The notes under the pieces were generated by a model that worked only from the letters and a program-made list of their open reading frames with translations, searched no databases and was not told the DNA's origin. Made by a program: the position numbers and the translations under genes. Below are positions 1 through 13,850 of a DNA stretch of 64,000 nucleotides, in pieces (within the stretch, counting starts at the first letter, position 1; each line of letters begins with the position of its first letter). This DNA comes from the human T2T-CHM13v2.0 reference genome, Homo sapiens. Where the stretch lies: assembly GCF_009914755.1 (NCBI RefSeq), contig NC_060935.1. One strand, written 5' to 3'.

Positions 1-339
1 AGTTAATAAGGACTCCAAGCTACGTACACTTCCAGAGACCAGATGGTCGTCAGAGGTCCTCGCTGGGTGGCAGCCTTTATGACCTGGGCAGTCACAGTCT
101 TCTAGCCTATTTCTTTTTCATTTATCTGAACCAGATTTCTTGCTTACTTCTGTGTAGGTGGATTACGAGACCTTAACCCTGCTCCCTGCAGTTGGTCTTT
201 CCATTGCAGAGGGAAAGGGCTCAGAGAACCAGATATTCAACTTTCAGAAGCATCCCCTGAAGGGCAGGTTGTCTGCTCCCCTGATTCATTGAGGATCAGG
301 CCTCATGGAGGGAGTCTGGTGAGCCTTTTGATGTGGCGC

Positions 340-455
340 TGGCCTGGCCACTGCTAACCAATGTGGCCCCTTAATGAACCTGGGCACACCTTTCTTCATC
401 TATTAAATGATGTGTTTGAGCCAGTGGATCTCCAGGATTCTTCAGAATCCTAAAA
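340..455 (+). mobile_element. MIR SINE fragment
   Basis: Degenerate MIR core 'tttcttcatctattaaatg' followed by a MIR3-like tail 'gatctccaggattcttcagaatcctaaaatc'. Confidence 0.55.
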
Positions 456-994
456 TCACATTGTCTTCTGTTCCAGAGGCCACACCTTTCATCATGGAGT
501 CAAATGGAAATGCTCTTTAATGCCATCAGTGTTAGGGCAGATTATTTCGAGTGGTGGGTCACTATCCCCAAAAAAACAAGTGAGCAAGTGACAACCCTGA
601 GATCTGTGTGGGCCTCTCCACTGTCATTGGTTCTGACCTTTCCTCAAACTGCTTTGTGTTCATTCTACTCAGTCTGAGTGCCCTCAGTCTTTCCCCAACT
701 TACTGAACTCATTGTCTTTCCCTTATCTCCTTGTTTTCCCCAGAACCAGACCCCACATCCAGCCTTGGTTCTGGGTTCTAGAACAGACTTCCTTCAACAT
801 GCATCTACAACCATGTTGGATGCAAAATGCAAACATTTTATTAAAGTAAGGGAGTGGTGATGCCGGAGTGGCTAACTGGAAAAGACTTCCTTTAAAGGGA
901 GCGAGGACAAGGATGCCTTGTACGTCTTCTGTCTTAATGTGAATCACACTTTACAGTAAAAATTGTTTAATCCTGTATTTTCTCTGATACCCTG

Positions 995-1100
995 GCAGCC
1001 CTATGAAGGTGGGGACAGCGCCCCTCTAGTTCACAGCCGTCTCCACAGCTCTTACCCAGGTAGGCAGTAGGCTCTCACTACGTACTGCTGAATGAATGGT
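995..1100 (+). mobile_element. L2 LINE 3' end fragment
   Basis: 'gttcacagccgtctccacagc...agtaggctctca...tgctgaatgaatgg' resembles the L2 3' terminus. Confidence 0.6.
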
Positions 1101-2139
1101 AAAGTTTTACCTAGTGCCCCACATTCTATTTCCTGTTTTCTGAATCCAATTTAACTTATTCTTCCCTCTGTTATTAAACCATTGTCAAACATCTGGCATG
1201 TGCCTGCCACTGCTCTGGCTGTATTTTATGAGGATGGGTAATGAATTGAGCCTATATATAGTTTGCAAAATGTGGAAACACACTTTAAGAGGCATGGCAC
1301 TAAAGAAATGAAAGATATTTTTATCTCTTCAGCATCATTCTGCACAAGGATACAATTCTCCAGCAGCGCTGTTTAAGAACAATAGACCTGTTTAGCCTTG
1401 ACACGCTCATGCATGCAGGGCACTGGATACTCAATTCACATGGGAGCTGCATTCTCTATCTCAGCAAAGACCTGAAGAATGTGTAATTTACAGGGAAGAA
1501 AAGATATAAGAAATATTATGAAAGGAGATGGCAGTGCTCCATGCCTTGTGTCATTGCTGGCTGGGTGCGTAGGCCAGGACCTTCCGACAAGCTCTGGGTA
1601 TGGCACCAAAGGCAAGCTTCAGCTTCATTCTTCAGGGTTTGAAACAGGTTGTGTGTCATTTTGGAATATACCATGTGCTCTTTTTGTGGATATGAATAGG
1701 CTAATTATGTGGAAATTATTGGAAGACAAAGTGAAATTCCAGTTACATGACTCATTTGTGATATTCAAAGTCTTAGAAATTATACTGCATTTATTCTTTT
1801 CCTCCATTCTTCTTTTTCATGCCCCTCCCCTGAGCCATCCCCCATACCCCCTACCTATGTTATAAATTAGTAAACTTTTATAGCAGCCAAGGGAGTGAAA
1901 GATCTCACTCAATGTTCCTTTAGGCTTTCTTCTTAGATGACGAGTTTTACTTTTCTTTTTATTTATTACATACAGTATTCCTTTTTCCTTCCCATCTTTA
2001 TATAATAAAATTATATATAAGCATATTAGATTTAAGTAATATATGTAACATGCAAAGTTATATAAGTTCATATATATACAAAACTTTACATACACACCCA
2101 AAAAACTTTTCTATTACCATGCTAGCAATCAATGTGCCT

Positions 2140-3255
2140 CCTACCCAAATATTCCAAATTACTCAGCCCTAGACCAGATTTTCATCATCTCTACCTGAAC
2201 TTACAGCATCCTCAACTCACTGCCTAGTCTGCAGACTAACAAAGACCCTCTCCACTGCCTAACCTACTGTTATACCACATAAGTGCATTCCAAATGCAGT
2301 TCTGTAATATCATGCCCTTGCTTAAAAATGTGGATGGTTTCTGCCCTGATCTGCTCATACTGCCATAACAGAATATCATAGGCGGATGGCTTAAATAACA
2401 GAAATTCATGTTCTCACAGATCTGGAGGCTGGGAGTCTAAGATCAGGATGCCAGCATGGCCAGGTTTTAGTGAAGGTTCTCTTCCTGGCTTGTGGATGGC
2501 TGCTTTCTCGCTGTGTCCTCACATGGCCTGTCCTCAAATGTGAGACATCTGTCTGTCCTCCTCTTCTCATAAGCAGACCAGTCCTATTGGATTAGGACCC
2601 CCCCCCCCATATGACCACATTTAACCTTAATCGCCTCCTAAAAGCCCTAGCTCCAAATACAGTCACATTGGAGGTTAGGGCTTTAACCTATGACTTTTAG
2701 GAGGATACGATTCAGTTCATAGTAGTCACCAAGATAGAGCATAAACTTGTTATCATGATATATAGGGAGTGTCAAAGCAACATAGCTTTCCTGTCCTATT
2801 GCCAGTTCCCTCCTTCATAGCCTGAACCTCGGTCTTGCCAAATTCCTCTTTATTGATTAGAGACAGCAGACACTGTTACTCTTCCATACCTTTCTTATAC
2901 TTGTTTCCTCATCCTGGTGTGTCTTTCTCCTTTCCTGTGTCTTTTTGCCTAGTAAATAGGTACTAATTGCTCGAGAATCAGCTGGAATGTCATCCATGAG
3001 AAGTTCACTTCACCTCTTCCTCCGCTCAGTCAAAAATGAATTGCCTATTCATCTAGGTTTCCACAGTATTCTTATAAACTCTTATTATAGAACTGTCAAT
3101 ATGCTAACTATTTATTTACATGTTTACCTTCCAAACTAGAGATGAGATTTTTAAGGCCAAGGACCACCTTTCAGAATTTATTTTTGCCTGTTTTAGAGTA
3201 TATATGGGCCAATGCCTGGCGTATGGTAATTGCTTGCTAATGGTGTTTAAATAAA
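2140..3255 (+). mobile_element. L2 LINE fragments interrupted by an MLT1 LTR
   Basis: L2-like segments 'ccagattttcatcatctctacctgaac' and 'ccaaactagagatgag...aaggccaaggacc...atgcctggcgtatggtaa' flank the LTR. Confidence 0.5.
2345..2724 (-). mobile_element. MaLR solo LTR (MLT1A-like)
   Basis: 'ggcttaaataacagaaattcatgttctcacagatctggaggctgggagtctaagatcagg' and 'ccaaatacagtcacattggaggttagggcttt' match the reverse MLT1A consensus. Confidence 0.85.
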
Positions 3256-3884
3256 GAAAAATTCAGCAAAAACTCCTGATGTCCTTCCTGTGACCATCCA
3301 ATCCCAAGCTTGAACTTTTCTTTCTTCATCAGCTGATGCCTTTAGATCAAACTAGATCTAGGAAATTTCATATCCATCTTCTGGATATGCAGCTGAAGGA
3401 CTGGAGAGAAAGATTTCTGACTATACATTTTGAACCTGACCCACGTTCAGGCAAATGTGGGTAGTGGTGCCATCAGTGTGTATAAATCACAAGATTTATA
3501 CAAGAGCCTAACTCTAGCTCTTGCATTAAAACAACAACAACAAACAAACAAGAAACCCGGCTTATTCATATTTCTTAATGGCACAATCCCAAATCAGTTG
3601 AGAAGCTATCATACTGTATAACAAGTATGCAGACATAGGTTCAAAGTAAATGAGGAAAGCCAACATTAATTTTTTCCACACTGAGTCCAATTTGAATTGA
3701 GTTGATGGTTCAGTGTTTTTCTGAGGTCTGCGTCTCTTCTTTGTCTTCTTCAGCTGCTGTCTGCCTGAGATTGGGAGCAGGCAGAGGCAGAGACTCCTCC
3801 TTCATTTTGTTTTGTTGTGCTAGCTCTTACTGGCACAACAAAATTGGTTTTTTATCGTATAAAAATAGAGGATATAGAATAATA

Positions 3885-4061
3885 CAGTGGTTCCCAACAA
3901 GGGGTCCCTGGGCCAACAGCATCACATCCCCTGAGAATTGCAAATTTTTAGGCACCACCCTGGGACCTCCTGAATCAAAACCTCTGAGGTGGGGCCCAGA
4001 TACCTGTTTTCTAACAAAACTCCTAGATAATTCTGATGCATATTACATTTGAGAATCAATG
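3885..4061. mobile_element. MER5A-like hAT-Charlie MITE
   Basis: Starts 'cagtggttcccaac', ends 'tttgagaatcaatg', and contains 'cctcctgaatcaaaacctctgaggtggggccc' and 'ataattctgatgca'. Confidence 0.85.
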
Positions 4062-4452
4062 TTATTAGAACCACCATGGGCCATCACTTGACACCAACAA
4101 TAACCAAGCTATGGCAAATACTGTTCTATCTATCTTCCCTGCTTCCTTCTGTCTCACTGGATTATTCTGAAGCAAACTCAGATATCATATCCTTTCATTC
4201 ATAATATTTCCACATGCGATAAGGGCTTTAATATGGATGGAAATAATACTTCATAGTATACGGTTGTCAGATATCTGATTTATCCTTAGACCATTCATCC
4301 TTAGAATACTCAACAGCCTTAATATGGTAGTTTTGGGTCAAAAAAGACAGTTCAACTGGATAATAGTGAAAAAGGACCTCTTTTTTGGAGGATTAAGAAT
4401 TTATTATTTTAAAAATGATGAGTTTGATCATTATTAAAAGATGAATCTGAGA

Positions 4453-4805
4453 GTCTTAGTCTGTTCAGGCTGCTACAATGGAATATCATGGACTGGGTGG
4501 CTTAAACAACAGAAATTTATTTCTTAGTGTGCTGGAGGCTGGAAGTCCGAGATCAAAGTGCCTGCAGATCCACTGTCTGGTGAGGGCTTCCTGGTTTGCA
4601 GGTGGCCATCTGTATCCTCATGCTGCAGAGAGAAGAGAGAGGAAGCTCTCCTGTCTGTTCTCATAAGGGCACTAATCCTATTTGTAAGGCTCTGCCCTTA
4701 TGACCTATTTACCTCCCAAAGGCTCCACTTCCTAATACCATCCCACTGGGGTTTAGGATTTCAACACATGCAATTGGGGGGAACACAAACATCCAGTCCA
4801 TAACA
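4453..4805 (-). mobile_element. MaLR solo LTR (MLT1A0-like)
   Basis: 'gtcttagtctgttcaggctgct...gactgggtggcttaaacaacagaaatttattt...ggaacacaaacatccagtccataaca'. Confidence 0.9.
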
Positions 4806-7800
4806 ATGGGGAAGAAAAATGAACCCACAAGAAGCAAGTCCTCAACTGAGACCCTGGCAAAATAATGTATGCCTTCACCTTGAACGAGACTGACTCCTTA
4901 CCATTTATAAAAGTATTGCACTATCTGCTACGCATAGAGTATGTGATCTGATTGTTTCCCCAGAACTGTGATAGATTCACAATCTTTATCTATACTCTTC
5001 TGCCTGATCTTCATTCTGATCCATTTGCATTTGTATAAAAAGTGGTTAAAGGTAAAATGCAACCCATGACCTTGACCTAATCTTACCTGAAGAACCCAGG
5101 GGTAAACCAGTGACCCTCTTCTCATAAGCTGAGTGTGCAGAGATTACAAGGTAGCCAGTTAGGCTCATCACAGGCATATGTCACTCCCTGGTCTGCTCAT
5201 GTCCTATTATACTCCACAAGTACTTACTACACTCTGAGAAACTCAAGAGAATATTTGTTCTCTTCTTCAGATGTCTGTGGCAAAAACTGACACTTGCACG
5301 GAGCATGATTTGATAGCAATATCTGCGAAGTGTCAGAAAGGGGAGGGGATCAATACCCTTAATTTACTTGGAATAATTCATTGCCTAACTGGAGTTTTCA
5401 GTGAGGGCAGACAAATTCCACACTAAACTAACTCACCCACCTGGATCGGGAGGAGGGCAGTGAATCCATCTTTTGAATGAGATGTAAAGCTGAGTTTCTT
5501 GCTTTCATTAATGACTCCCTTGGTCCTTCCTTTCTTCAGAAGAGGTGTTCATCCAGTCAGCCATGTTTGAAAATGGGAGATGGATGCTACTGACCGACAG
5601 CTCCCTTGCTTTTCCCCTGAGCTGATTGCTTTTGCAATCTGCCCTGATATTTGGGTATGTTGCTTGCTCAGAGGCTGTCAGTTTGGAGCTACATTCCACC
5701 TCAAGAGGAAGGAAAAATGTAGAAAGATTTTCTGTGCTGGAGAGTGATGGTGATTTTTCTTTCCTTTTAAGTCTAAAGCAATAGAAAGCCCATTTTTCAT
5801 GGGACGGGAAGTTAGAAATAACGAAGAACTGCACATGACATCAAGGGGAATCCTTGGGATGGTTTAATGAGGTCATTGAGTCCCTTTGTAATAAATATTC
5901 CAGAGGCACCTGGATTAAATTGCTCCACAGTGATCTCTCAACTTCCCATCTCATTGATCTGGCCAGTGTGTAAGATGATTTGAACTAGAGCTTTCTGTGT
6001 GGTAGCAATGATAGACCATGAGTTCTGAGTTTTTGAGAGAGAATCCATTGGAGTGTTTCTCCCTCATTAAGACACAACCATCTCTGGTAAATGCCTGGCC
6101 CAGGCATTGTGTTGACATGGGACTGGCAGGGGACAGGAACTTGAGATCCCAGTCAAGGCAGCTAAGGAGCTTGGAGAGGAGGCATGTAATTATAAGGCAC
6201 TTTCAAATAATTATGCTATTACTGCCTAATTAAGAAGTGCCACTTTCCACTTTAACTACCTGAAATTCTGAGATCACCAAGCAATGGACCCTCTACTGAG
6301 CTTTGGCCTGCTCCCCATGGGAAAGGAAAAGGCACATAGTCAGAAAACACTAGGCTCTTGAGGGGGCCAGAAAGGTCGCCAGAGAGTAACCTGAAATGTT
6401 CAGGAGGTGAATCTCCCTTCCCTGCATTTGTCAAACATCTTACCTTTCTGTGCCTCATCTGAATTTGAATTATCTACAAAATGAGGGAAAGAATGCTTCT
6501 CTCCCTGGCTTGCTTGTCAGTAGGCTGGTAAACAAATCAAAATATAAATCTCTGTGAACATATTTTATCATCTGTTAAAATAGGGAAATTGATCAGCAAA
6601 CATTTGTTGAATTTTTACTTTCTCAAAGCACTGTAGGGGATGCAGAAGTTTCAAGACGTATAGTCCTCTGACTTCAAGTACCTTCCAACGCAGTTGAAGA
6701 CCCAACACAGAGGCACTGATTGTTGGATTCAGCCAGCCATTTATTGATTCACTCAAATGTTCATGCCACAAATATTTCTCGAGCACCCACTTTGTGTAAG
6801 GCGCTTCATATAGGCACTTGCAACACAGAGATGAAAAAGATATCCATTCTGTCCTCAAGGAATCTGTTATAGTCCGGTGAGCTATAAAGTACAACAGTAT
6901 AAGCTTTTAAGGGAAACTAAAAGTGATCCAGTGACACAGATATTCTGAAAAGGAAGCATTTTCTGTGTTTGGACAGAAGCATTTCACCAAGGGCCTCAGA
7001 GCAGAAAGAAACAGGATTCAAATCTGACATTAGTCCCGGTTAAATTAAAGACCCCGATACCCACTGCCCCATAGTTCTCCATTTCATGTTTCATCTTCCA
7101 AAACACAAGCATTAAAACCCCATGGGAGAAGCATCATTGTGGTAATAGAGGAGAAGATTAATTCCTAATTTTGATTTCCTTTGAACCATTTTTACTTGAC
7201 TGAGTCAAACTTGCTATGGAAGATGATTCACTACTATCTATTTTAAATCATGATCAGGAAGCACAATGACACCCCAAAATGACAGAGGATGTGTTTCAAA
7301 TGAAGAAATCTTAATTTTTAAAACTTTCTTTTTGAATAATTTGGTCCTTCCTTTTAGAACATAAGGGAAAGAAAATACTTAAAAAATTGTTAAAAAATTC
7401 ACTACTGGTGATAGAATCCATATATTACTTATGTAAGCAAAAACTAAAAAAGACAATCTCATTTTGAAAAAATCAATGATTACAAAAGAATACCGAATGT
7501 GAATACTGAAAAAAATGTCTTTCACTCACCCTCATTCCAAATCTACTCCCAGGGGTAACCATTATCAGCAGTTTGGTGTGGACCTTCCTAGTCTTTTGTT
7601 ATGTATTTGAATTCATATATAAGAAGGAGTTTCTACATGCACATGCATAAATAGAATCAGAAATATTATGTATTATTCTGCAATTACATCTTCTTCAAAT
7701 TTAGCATATCTCGCAGGTTTTTCTAATGATAGCCTGCTTAAATATGCCTGAAGGAAACAGAAATTGAAGTCTTCATTTCCTTTTGTGCTCTGCTTTCCCA

Positions 7801-8154
7801 GGGTAGACTTGCTTCTTTCATCCATCCACATCTGATCCAGCCTCCCAGTAAAGCAGTAATTGCTGTTCAGGTCAGGGAAAGGGGGCAGAAGGGAAAAGGT
7901 GAGGGTGCCGAAATAACATGAGCCACAATGAGTCTCCAGCCTCGCCCAAATGTAGGGAATGCAAAGAGACCAAACATTAATTCTTGAAACTTTTAGGTAA
8001 ACAATGATCAGCTGGCCTCAGGGAGTAAGGCAATCCTGACCTCAAACCAATCATGATCAAGCCCACATTTGTTGGTCATTATCTACCTGCAAAAATGTGC
8101 AAGTACTTTAATGGTATGCCGCCCATTACTGACCCTTTACTGACAAAATAACGG

Positions 8155-8270
8155 AAGAAAGGGAGGAAGGAGGGAGGGATGGAGAGAGGAAGGAAGGAAG
8201 AAGAAAGGAAGCAAGGAAGGAAGGAGTGAGGAAGGAAAGGAAGAGGGAAGGAAATAAGGAAGGAAGGAGT
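8155..8270 (+). repeat. Purine-rich (GGAA/GAAG)n low-complexity tract
   Basis: About 115 bp of nearly pure A/G with GGAA units. Confidence 0.9.
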
Positions 8271-8797
8271 TTTAAGATGCTCTTCTTATGGAGGGGTTGG
8301 AGGTCCCAGGAGCACACAAACAAGGCAGAAAAGGGTTTATTCTGAGTTTATGGTATGATCATCTGATGTTTACTAGGTAAACTTTCTATACTCAAATTAT
8401 TCTACTCTGGAGTGAGATGGTCTTTGAGGAAGCATTCTTAAATTTATTTGGTTTCAAACCCAATGAATCAGATACATTGTCATCCACTGGGTCCTTATCT
8501 ACTATCCCCCTCCCCATCTTCCAAAACACAAGCAATAAAATTATGCAGGAGAGCTGTTATTTTTGTATCGGAGAAGGAGATTCCTAAATGTACAAGGCTT
8601 TTTGATGCAGTTGTAGGAACAATCAAGTCTTTGGTGATGATTCACTCAGTCCTGGGAGAACACAAGAAAATCACTACTCAGGGCTTCTCTGGAAACCAGC
8701 ATAGGGTATGTGCTTATGGAGCCAGTTTAAAAATTTGGAATGATTCTCATCATGTGGAAGGGTTTAACGCAAGTCTGGAGCAAAAGCCTCGGTGGCC

Positions 8798-9300
8798 ATG
8801 TCAGTCTGATTCCTGGCATAAAATAAGGTGTGCTCAGATGAGATTCTGAATAACATTCCATAAGGTGACTCTTTATAGAGGTGTGGGCGGGGTTAGAGTG
8901 GGTGTTGAGGCACTCAGGGACGAGGAACAATCGTAAGCCCTGGAGTAGTGAGGGAGGAACGAGTGTTATTGGAGCCTGTTGATACTGTGGCCATTGGGGA
9001 AGGGCCACCTGTCAGGAGCTATAGTCCTAGAGGGACAGGATGCAGCCAATGGCATAACTCTGCACTGAAGCAGGAAGGGAGCAGCGGGAGAAATACTCCT
9101 GCCTCCCCCTCCTCCTGTATTCCCATCTCGCTTTGTGACTGATGGCTGAGCCCAACTGGAAATCAGACAGAAAAGAAATCTGGAGCGAATTCCACAGGAT
9201 CAGCACCTCAGGGCACAGAGCAAAGTGGAGAAGGTCAGATAATGAATTTCGGTGGTGGTAGTGATGGTGTGATGGTGGGTGTGGATACAGAGAATAGCCA
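8798..9300. mobile_element. Ancient ERVL LTR (LTR33-like)
   Basis: 'ggctgagcccaactggaaatcaga...cagcacctcagggcacagagcaaagtggagaagg' resembles LTR33-class consensus; subfamily uncertain. Confidence 0.5.
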
Positions 9301-9739
9301 TCATTTCAGCCTAATAGAGATTCAGACTAGAGATGAAAACAGTTCAGGAAAGGAAACCTTGGCAGAATTTCATTAGGCTCAGGATTAAATCAAAAGGGCA
9401 AAGAAAGTGTTGTCCATGTCACCCTCATGTCCTTAGGGCTTGAAGGGTGGAGAGTAAAGTACCAGTCACTGAACCTGGAGAGTCTTGCTCTTTTGGGTGT
9501 TGACACCATCATAGACTCCATGGGCTGGGAGAGAAACCCACGTCGGGTACATCCCCCTGCCTCTAGGAGGGCATTGATAGACTATTCCAGGGAGATGGGA
9601 GGTCTCAGTCTTTTCATTCACACCATTTTATGAGCTGTGAGTTTTGATTCATTATTCACCATGCAAGCAAAGTGAAAAAAATCATTTAAATTATAAACAC
9701 TTGGAAATTTACTATGGGACACACAAAATTTTAGACTTT

Positions 9740-10140
9740 GTCCTGGATATAAACAAGATATGCTCTTTGCTTTTCTGAAGCTTATATTCTGCTGAATGAG
9801 ACAGATACATGCAAAGCAAATTATAATTTAAACTGAGATGTGATTAGTGTTGTAATGCAGATAAATACAGTATATTATGGGAGAATAAAAAAGTGGAAGG
9901 TTACTCTTTATGGTGAATATTAAGGAAAGCAGAGTGATATTTCAGTTGGGTCTTAAAGAAGTGGGGTCAAGGAGGTGGGCAGAAACAGAAAGATGAAGAG
10001 GTACAGCTCATGTGTGGGAGATGTGGATGGCCCTGGAATGGCTGGGGTACAGACTGAGTGACTGGGGGTGAGAAATGGACTGGAAAAGTCTACTGGGGTT
10101 GGACCATAAAATACTGAATATCAACACTAAGGTATTTGGG
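9740..10140 (-). mobile_element. L2 LINE fragment
   Basis: 'gaagcttatattctgctg...gagacagatac' and 'gatatttcagttgggtcttaaaga' are typical antisense L2. Confidence 0.5.
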
Positions 10141-10149
10141 ACTGAGATT

Positions 10150-10660
10150 GCGGTTGCCCGTTCAATATTCATTCCCAGCTTCATCCTTACTAACAGAACA
10201 CCATCCATGTTCTTTCAGAGTGGCCTCATGTTCATTTAAAATGTTGAACTTCCCCAGCTACCCTTGCAGGTAGGTATAGGAGCATGATGTGACCCAGTTC
10301 TTACCTACAAGCTGTATGCAGGCATCTACTAGGTAAGGTTTCTGGGAAAGCTGTAGTATGACTGATAAAAAGGGACTCAGATAGCCCATGGCTTTTGTTC
10401 TTTTTTCCTCTTTCTATCTTCCTATCCAGAATGCAAAACCAAGGCCTGGAGGCAGAACAGACATCCTGTGACCTTGAAGCAAAGGTTCACAATTGGGAGG
10501 GCAGGAAAGGAATGAGAAAGAACCTGGTTCCTGATGACTTCCTATAACAGCAGTATCCATCCCAAAAGGCCTACCTTTGGACTTCTTAGGTGAGAAAAAT
10601 AAGGCCCGATTTTTCCAGCCTCTGTGGTCATATTTCTGCTATATGAAGCTGCATATACTA
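10150..10660. mobile_element. Ancient ERVL/MaLR LTR (LTR16/MLT1J class)
   Basis: 'cttccccagctacccttgcaggtagg...atgtgacccagttct', 'aacctggttcctgatgac' and 'cctacctttggacttcttaggtgagaaaaataa'. Confidence 0.65.
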
Positions 10661-13583
10661 GCTCAGTGCTTGAGTGCTTGAGTTTATGGTATAGGATATG
10701 TGGAACCACTGAAGCCTAAGAAGTAACAGCACAGACATGGGGTCAGGGGCCTTAACCTGTAGTCCAGCTCTATCCCTAGACATAATAAGTAAAGACCTGG
10801 TGTTAGGTGATCTGGCTGCTTTGAGCTCAGCTCTATCCCAGGATAGCCAGGTAACTCAAGGTGATTCACTTAGCTTCTCTGGGAATTGCATCCTCAATTA
10901 GAAAATACGGATTTTCTTAGAAATTCTCTGAAGGATCATCCAGCTCCATGGTTTCCTGACTGGGGCAACATATTAGGAAGATGGCAGGTGGAAATGTGGA
11001 GGCTGCCTGCAGAGATGAGAGCTCAGAGCAGGAAAGCCAGTGATGTAGTTATTATGCTTGGATAGGTAGAAAGTGGTAAGATCGCGAATCAGGGGCATAG
11101 AAATGCAGACAAAGGTGTTGGTTGTGAAATCACTGGGTCTCCCAGATTGATTGGGTGGGGGCTGTGCTGTGTGGAGAAGTTGTGGCTGACTGACCCAAAA
11201 AGTGAATAAAATACAAAGAATATAAAATGACTGGGTCTTCTTCAATATTACAAAGGTATTGAATAGATTTTTGGAGATGTAGAAATTGTGCATGGCTTTA
11301 TTTATCACTCTTAGGAAGCCATAGACATAGAAGCCAATGACAATAAAAATAACTTCATGTTAACACTTCTCCCCTGAAGAACTCCAAGCATGTTTATATA
11401 ATTGTTGCAAGTTTATCATTGCAATGCCCTTGCACTGTGAAGAAGGGAGGTGTGTGTCATCTCTCCCCATTAGCCTGACGGAGAAACTGCCATCTGAAGA
11501 AGCAGGGATCTGCTCAAAGTGTGAAGGTGAGCCAGGGGCAGAGCTGGCACTAGGAATTAAGCCAGCCTCACCCCAGACTGGGTGCTCCTTGAGGCCTGTG
11601 AGACATGAGAAAACCTAGGATTTGGGAGCTCTGTCCCCCAACACATTAATAGTTCCAGAGTGCATGCTCTAATAAAGAATATCTTTATCTCTTTTTATGT
11701 CACTTGACACGTTATGTTTCTCTCTGGAGTCAGATCTGGAGGCGCTAGGGCATGAATGTCTTATTCAAAGCATCAGAGTTTATATGGAAAACAGGAGCAA
11801 AGGTGCCCTGCCTCAGTTTCCCACACTGATGAGGCGTTGCGAGGCCACTGTGACCCCTGAAGGTGTTTTCTTCTTAGCTTGCTCTTTCAGTTTGCTTACC
11901 TGCCAACTTTGCCTATTATGAGACTTCAGGTCTCTATTCCTATTTTTTTTTTAACCTACATTTCAATTTGGTCCAATCTCAGACACAATTCTTTCCCAGA
12001 TCTCTCTTACAAACAATGGTGCATAACTGGTATATTTTGATCCCAAAATGGCATCCGAAAGCGTTCTGCAATGCCGCCAAGCCAGCACTTTCGGAAGCAT
12101 CTGACGATATTAATTTCAGTCTATTTCCTGAGGTTTGCAGGAAACTAAAATGAAGAAAGCGCTGTGGCAAAAAATTAAAGCTTCATGGAAAAAAAAAAGG
12201 AAGATTGACAGGAAACGAGGCTTCAATAGGACAGCTTGCACTGAGTAGTGCTGTCCTCCTTCCTGCATATCAACATATGCATAGGGAAAAATAGCTCTCT
12301 CTCCTACTTGCAGCATGGAGATTGGGAAGGGGCCTTGCCTACACGCTGTAGGTATGTAACAACTGGGGTAAGTATACACAAGAGACTGAAGCTCGGGTCC
12401 TTTAGACGGGCTTGAAAATTATCCCTGGTGGCCAGACTTTTTCAGAAGAACAAAGATGCATTCAATGTTTGTCCAATTTTTAAAAATCTAAGCAGACAAT
12501 ACGATCAGTTTTTTGCTAAAATCCACAATTTTGTGGTACTGGGTTTTTCCACCTTCCCTGTTTTTTATACATTTGAATCTGATGTTTCAAATTCAGGCCT
12601 TTTGGGAAAGAAATTCCTTTAAATCTTCCATGTGCAATGATAACTCGAAGCAAATTCTACCCCCAAACACACTGTCTTTCCTTTCAGAATAACTTTCTTT
12701 GTCTGGTTTTCTTTTATTCTGATGATCCATGTCCCGGTTTTCTTGACAGTTTCTTGCATGGCCTGAGCCTTCCCTTGCTGGGCTCCTGCGAGGGTCTCTT
12801 CCTGTTTCTCACCAGTAGGTGGACATAGTCCTGCTCAGCACTGCAAGATTTCCAACATTTTTACTGATAGGCCCTGCACAGTCTTAGGAATCGCCAGGAA
12901 GAATGAACACGTGAGTCATCGGTCAGTCACCCCAAAGCGTGTGAAGATAGGAGGTGGGGAGGGACAAGTGCTGTATCTTTCAAAGAAAAAAATACTTTAG
13001 CTGCTTACCTCCACTGTGACATGCATTTTTGAAAGTAGAGCCTAGTCCCTCCTGTCTTCCGCAGCTGTCTTTGCGTATTGAGATGACGCCTGCAAGAAGG
13101 AGATGGCAACACCTGGAGGTATGCCTGGGTCTGCAAATTTGTGGCTACGACAGGACACCTGGGATTTTAGGGAAACACTAAGGAGTCATTGTGGATCATG
13201 CAAGGGGCATTGGACCCTACCAGGCTGGACTTTCAGAGGGGCAGGTGAGTTCCTAAAGCAATTTAGTCAGGGAATGAGGGAAGAGAGAAATGTGGAAGGT
13301 GCCCAGGCTGGGCCGAACTGAGACATGACACAGCCCTGAGCTCTTCTCCGCCCCACTGTTTTATAGTCCAACTGAGACTTTCCCTTCTTTCTTTTCTTTT
13401 CAAATCTATAAGCGCAAGACATGCCCCAATGCCACCATGGATAGTGTTAAGTCTATTATGATTTGTTGTTATTGAGATGAGGTGAGAGATGGGGTGGTGA
13501 GAAAACAGTTCTACCTCACTCCTTGCTGTAAATTTTAATAGAGATGGGGAATTAAATTCAGCACACGCTCATGCCTGCAGTGG

Positions 13584-13850
<267 letters not shown>

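Noticed and set aside
1401-13580. 17/18-bp match 'acacgctcatgc(a/c)tgcag' at 1401 and 13563
   Set aside because: About one such match is expected by chance in 64 kb, and the similarity does not extend.
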